Of a DNA stretch of 64,000 nucleotides, positions 61,600 through 64,000 are shown in pieces. Numbering within the stretch: the stretch's first letter is position 1; each line of letters starts with the position of its first letter. The position numbers and the translations under genes were made by a program. Under the pieces are notes generated by a model. It was given only the letters and a program-made list of their open reading frames with translations, was not told where the DNA came from and did no database searches. This DNA is from Geosiphon pyriformis uo1 (lineage: Eukaryota > Fungi > Glomeromycota): positions 256,224 through 320,223 of the forward strand of contig JAAOMT010000201.1 of the NCBI GenBank assembly GCA_016748015.1, read 5' to 3'.

Positions 61600-63440
61600 T
61601 TTATTCTTAACTATAAGACCACTGTTGGCTGTAGTATTGTTGTTATGAAGAAGGCTGCTAAAGTTCCTGTTTCTGGTAATGGCTTCAGATCTGTTCTTCT
61701 AAGGAAAAAGAGAAAAGAGGGTGTTTTGGAGGATGGTTCTGGTGGTAAAAATGTTGGTCCCAAAGTTCAAAATAGTCATTTATAGGATTCGAAAACTGGT
61801 GACACTACTGAATCTGATAGTGTTGATATGGAAGAGGAATGTTTGGTAGAAGAGACAAGTTTTGACTATGGCGAGGGTAGTGCTCTTGCTAGTGGGAATC
61901 CTAATCTAATACCTACTGATTCAAAAATTAAGACAAAGAAGACATTGGGCAAACCACTAAGTAAAATTAATTTTTTATTAAGTGAAGAAGAAAATGATGT
62001 TCTCTTGGATGCTTCTTTGGAACTTTCCCCACCTTTGAAGAATCTGGTCAACATTTTTCTTTGCAAATCTTTTGCCTTGGATATTGGATTGGACAAAGTA
62101 GTTGGAAAATCATCTTATAAGAAGCTTCAAGTGGTTAAAAGGTTGTTTGCAAAAATCAATGGTTTTGGGAGAGTTTTTACCCCCTTAAAATTTGCTGGAA
62201 TTATCAGAACAATGTTTATTTCCGAATTGAGTTTGGTGCAGGCTTCTAAAAAAGCTAAAGAAACAAAAATTTTGGTAAATACTGATCTCAAAAAATCATC
62301 TGAACATTCAGATTGGGCTGTGGTGCTGAAGGAAATTTCAATTGAAACATTGGTTGTGGCTGTGCACACTGCTCTGTCCAAATTTGGATCAATCAAGTTG
62401 ATCAAAATGCAACTGATAGGGCTGTGACAAAAAGCAGTGGTTGAATTTGACCAGATGAATCATGCTGATTTGGTTGCAGCAAAATAGTCTATCCTAATCA
62501 GAAAAGATGCAGTATGGATTGCTAAATCAGATGTGGACAAAGATTCATGGGATGCAAAAAATGTTTACAAGGCCTTTTTGTATACTCTACCAATGGGGAT
62601 TAATGTACATAATATTTGGAACTATATTATTTCAGTAGGTGAGAAAACTTGTGTCATAGATTGGTATCCAGTTTCTTATGCCCAGGCCAGATGTGCTTCT
62701 GTTTGTTTTAAGTTTGCTGAATCTCTGGATGCTGTTATAGAAACCATGCCTGTTTTGAAAGGGGCCAATCTATGATAGTCTTGTCTTGTTTCGGTAAAGT
62801 GTGTTGAGTATGGGAAAATGTGTCATACTTCCTTATTTTGTTCTGTTGACATAAAAAAAAATGCTTTTTCTGGTGCTTTCTTATGGAAAACTCTGTCAGA
62901 TTCAGATAAAAGCAGGCTGGCTATCATTTATGCCAAATGCTTAGCTCCAGTTGCTTATCTGGTTTCTTTTGAGAATGTCTCCTGAGCATAAATTGCTGGT
63001 GAATTTCCCTTTTCTTCTCTCCTTGTTTGAAATGGTTTATTGAGTGCAGACTATTCTTCAGAGTTGAAGTCTGCCCTACTGGTTTCGTCAGATGTCAATA
63101 ATAGGTTTGCCACTCTTGAGCACAGTCTTGTCAGCCTTGTAGAGCACATTGACAAGCTGGCTAAGAGGTTAGACACATCTGGGCCAACAGTTTCTCAGCT
63201 TAGCCCTAGACGTCAGTCATTGGTGATCCCTTCATCACAGAATTAAGGGTGGATATAGTAATAAGTGAGAGTTTGGGTGTGGCCACTAGTGGTGAGACTG
63301 AGGTGAGAGTGGTGATGTTTGATTCCTCTGTTATCAAAAAGTTGAAGAACACTTTGCACAATCTGTCAATTATGGTCATGGGCCTTTTGGCCAAAATAAA
63401 CAATGCTGGTTTGGTTCTTGCTGCTCTCTCTTTTCAATGA
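61600..63440 (+). pseudogene. LINE ORF1 (degenerate)
   Basis: Co-oriented ORF fragments 61828-63440; decayed CCHC knuckle near 62800-62840; coiled-coil-like RFATLEHSLVSLVEHIDKLAKRL; start approximate. Confidence 0.65.
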
Positions 63441-64000
63441 CTAAGCTAATTTAGAAGGTTGCTACTTGTAATGTTCAAGGTCTCAATGTCCTTGCCAAGC
63501 AAGAAGATGTTGTTTGTTGGCACAAAAATTTGGGTAACATGGTGTCTATAATTACTGAAATGAAATTAAAGCCTGGTGTCAGACCATAGATTATAAACAA
63601 ATTTGAAAGTGTGCGCATTTTCACATCTGGTCTGGATAGTGGGTTTCTTGGGGTGGAGGTGGCGATAATTATGAACAATTTTCTGGCTCGACATGTTTCT
63701 AAAGTGAAGAAGGTTCTTAGTCACATTGTTTCAGTGCACCTTCTATTCAAGAGTAGAGTTTCAGTCTCTATTATTGGTTTGTATGCTTGTGTATCTTTGG
63801 GTGACCATTTTAGACAGGCATTCTGTATTAATTTTTTCATAGCTTAAGTGGTCAACTCCAGCAGTTTTGTTGTTTTTGGTAGTGACTTTAATGAAGGCAA
63901 ATCTATAAAGAGTGCAAGTTATGGATTTTGTTTGGGTCTGGGCTTAATCAATTCCTTTGGTGAACACTCTTTAGTTAAGGCTTCTACATAGAGCAACTCG
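63437..64000 (+). pseudogene. LINE ORF2 N-terminal apurinic endonuclease (degenerate, runs off window)
   Basis: ATCNVQGLN, ITE.KL, VAIIM, IIGLYA, (G/S)DFNE motifs; ATG overlaps ORF1 stop (ATGA). Confidence 0.85.

Noticed and set aside
187-63678. Numerous short antisense or LTR-derived ORFs in the ORF track (e.g. 187-420, 13172-13519, 23876-24103, 26232-26681, 47005-47232)
   Set aside because: Shadows of TE or gene coding strands, or minisatellite translations, with no independent motifs.

Overview
AT-rich eukaryotic repeat-dense DNA. It has short GT-AG introns and gene and TE families that look like those of an early-diverging (Mucoromycota/Glomeromycotina-type) fungus; this assignment is inferred, not verified. 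Most of the window is decayed transposable elements: a multi-level nest of related Ty3/Gypsy LTR retrotransposons (three LTR families A, B, C, plus a solo LTR D, with 4-bp TSDs where traceable), a Tc1/mariner element, a second decayed IS630-Tc1-like transposase and two LINEs. Two things stand out. (1) The Gypsy elements share an unusual architecture. It comprises a probable GUG-initiated gag, a PBS flanked by self-complementary partner sequences, and Cys-rich domains plus a dUTPase and a dUTPase-like relic between protease and RT. Integrase is apparently a separate ORF, and a conserved env-position ORF3 has its own TATA box. (2) An ~8.4-kb CpG-intact island (8637-16994) with ~334-bp inverted ends carries an intact protelomerase-like tyrosine recombinase. 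It also carries a PrimPol-type primase, Zn-finger, IQ-motif and F-box/LRR genes, a TET/JBP-like dioxygenase fragment and a spliced PD-(D/E)xK-like gene. The island is bounded by an N-gap and an exact Nextera/Tn5 mosaic-end adapter, so its placement in this scaffold is not supported and it may be a separate molecule. All coordinates and alignments were done by eye.
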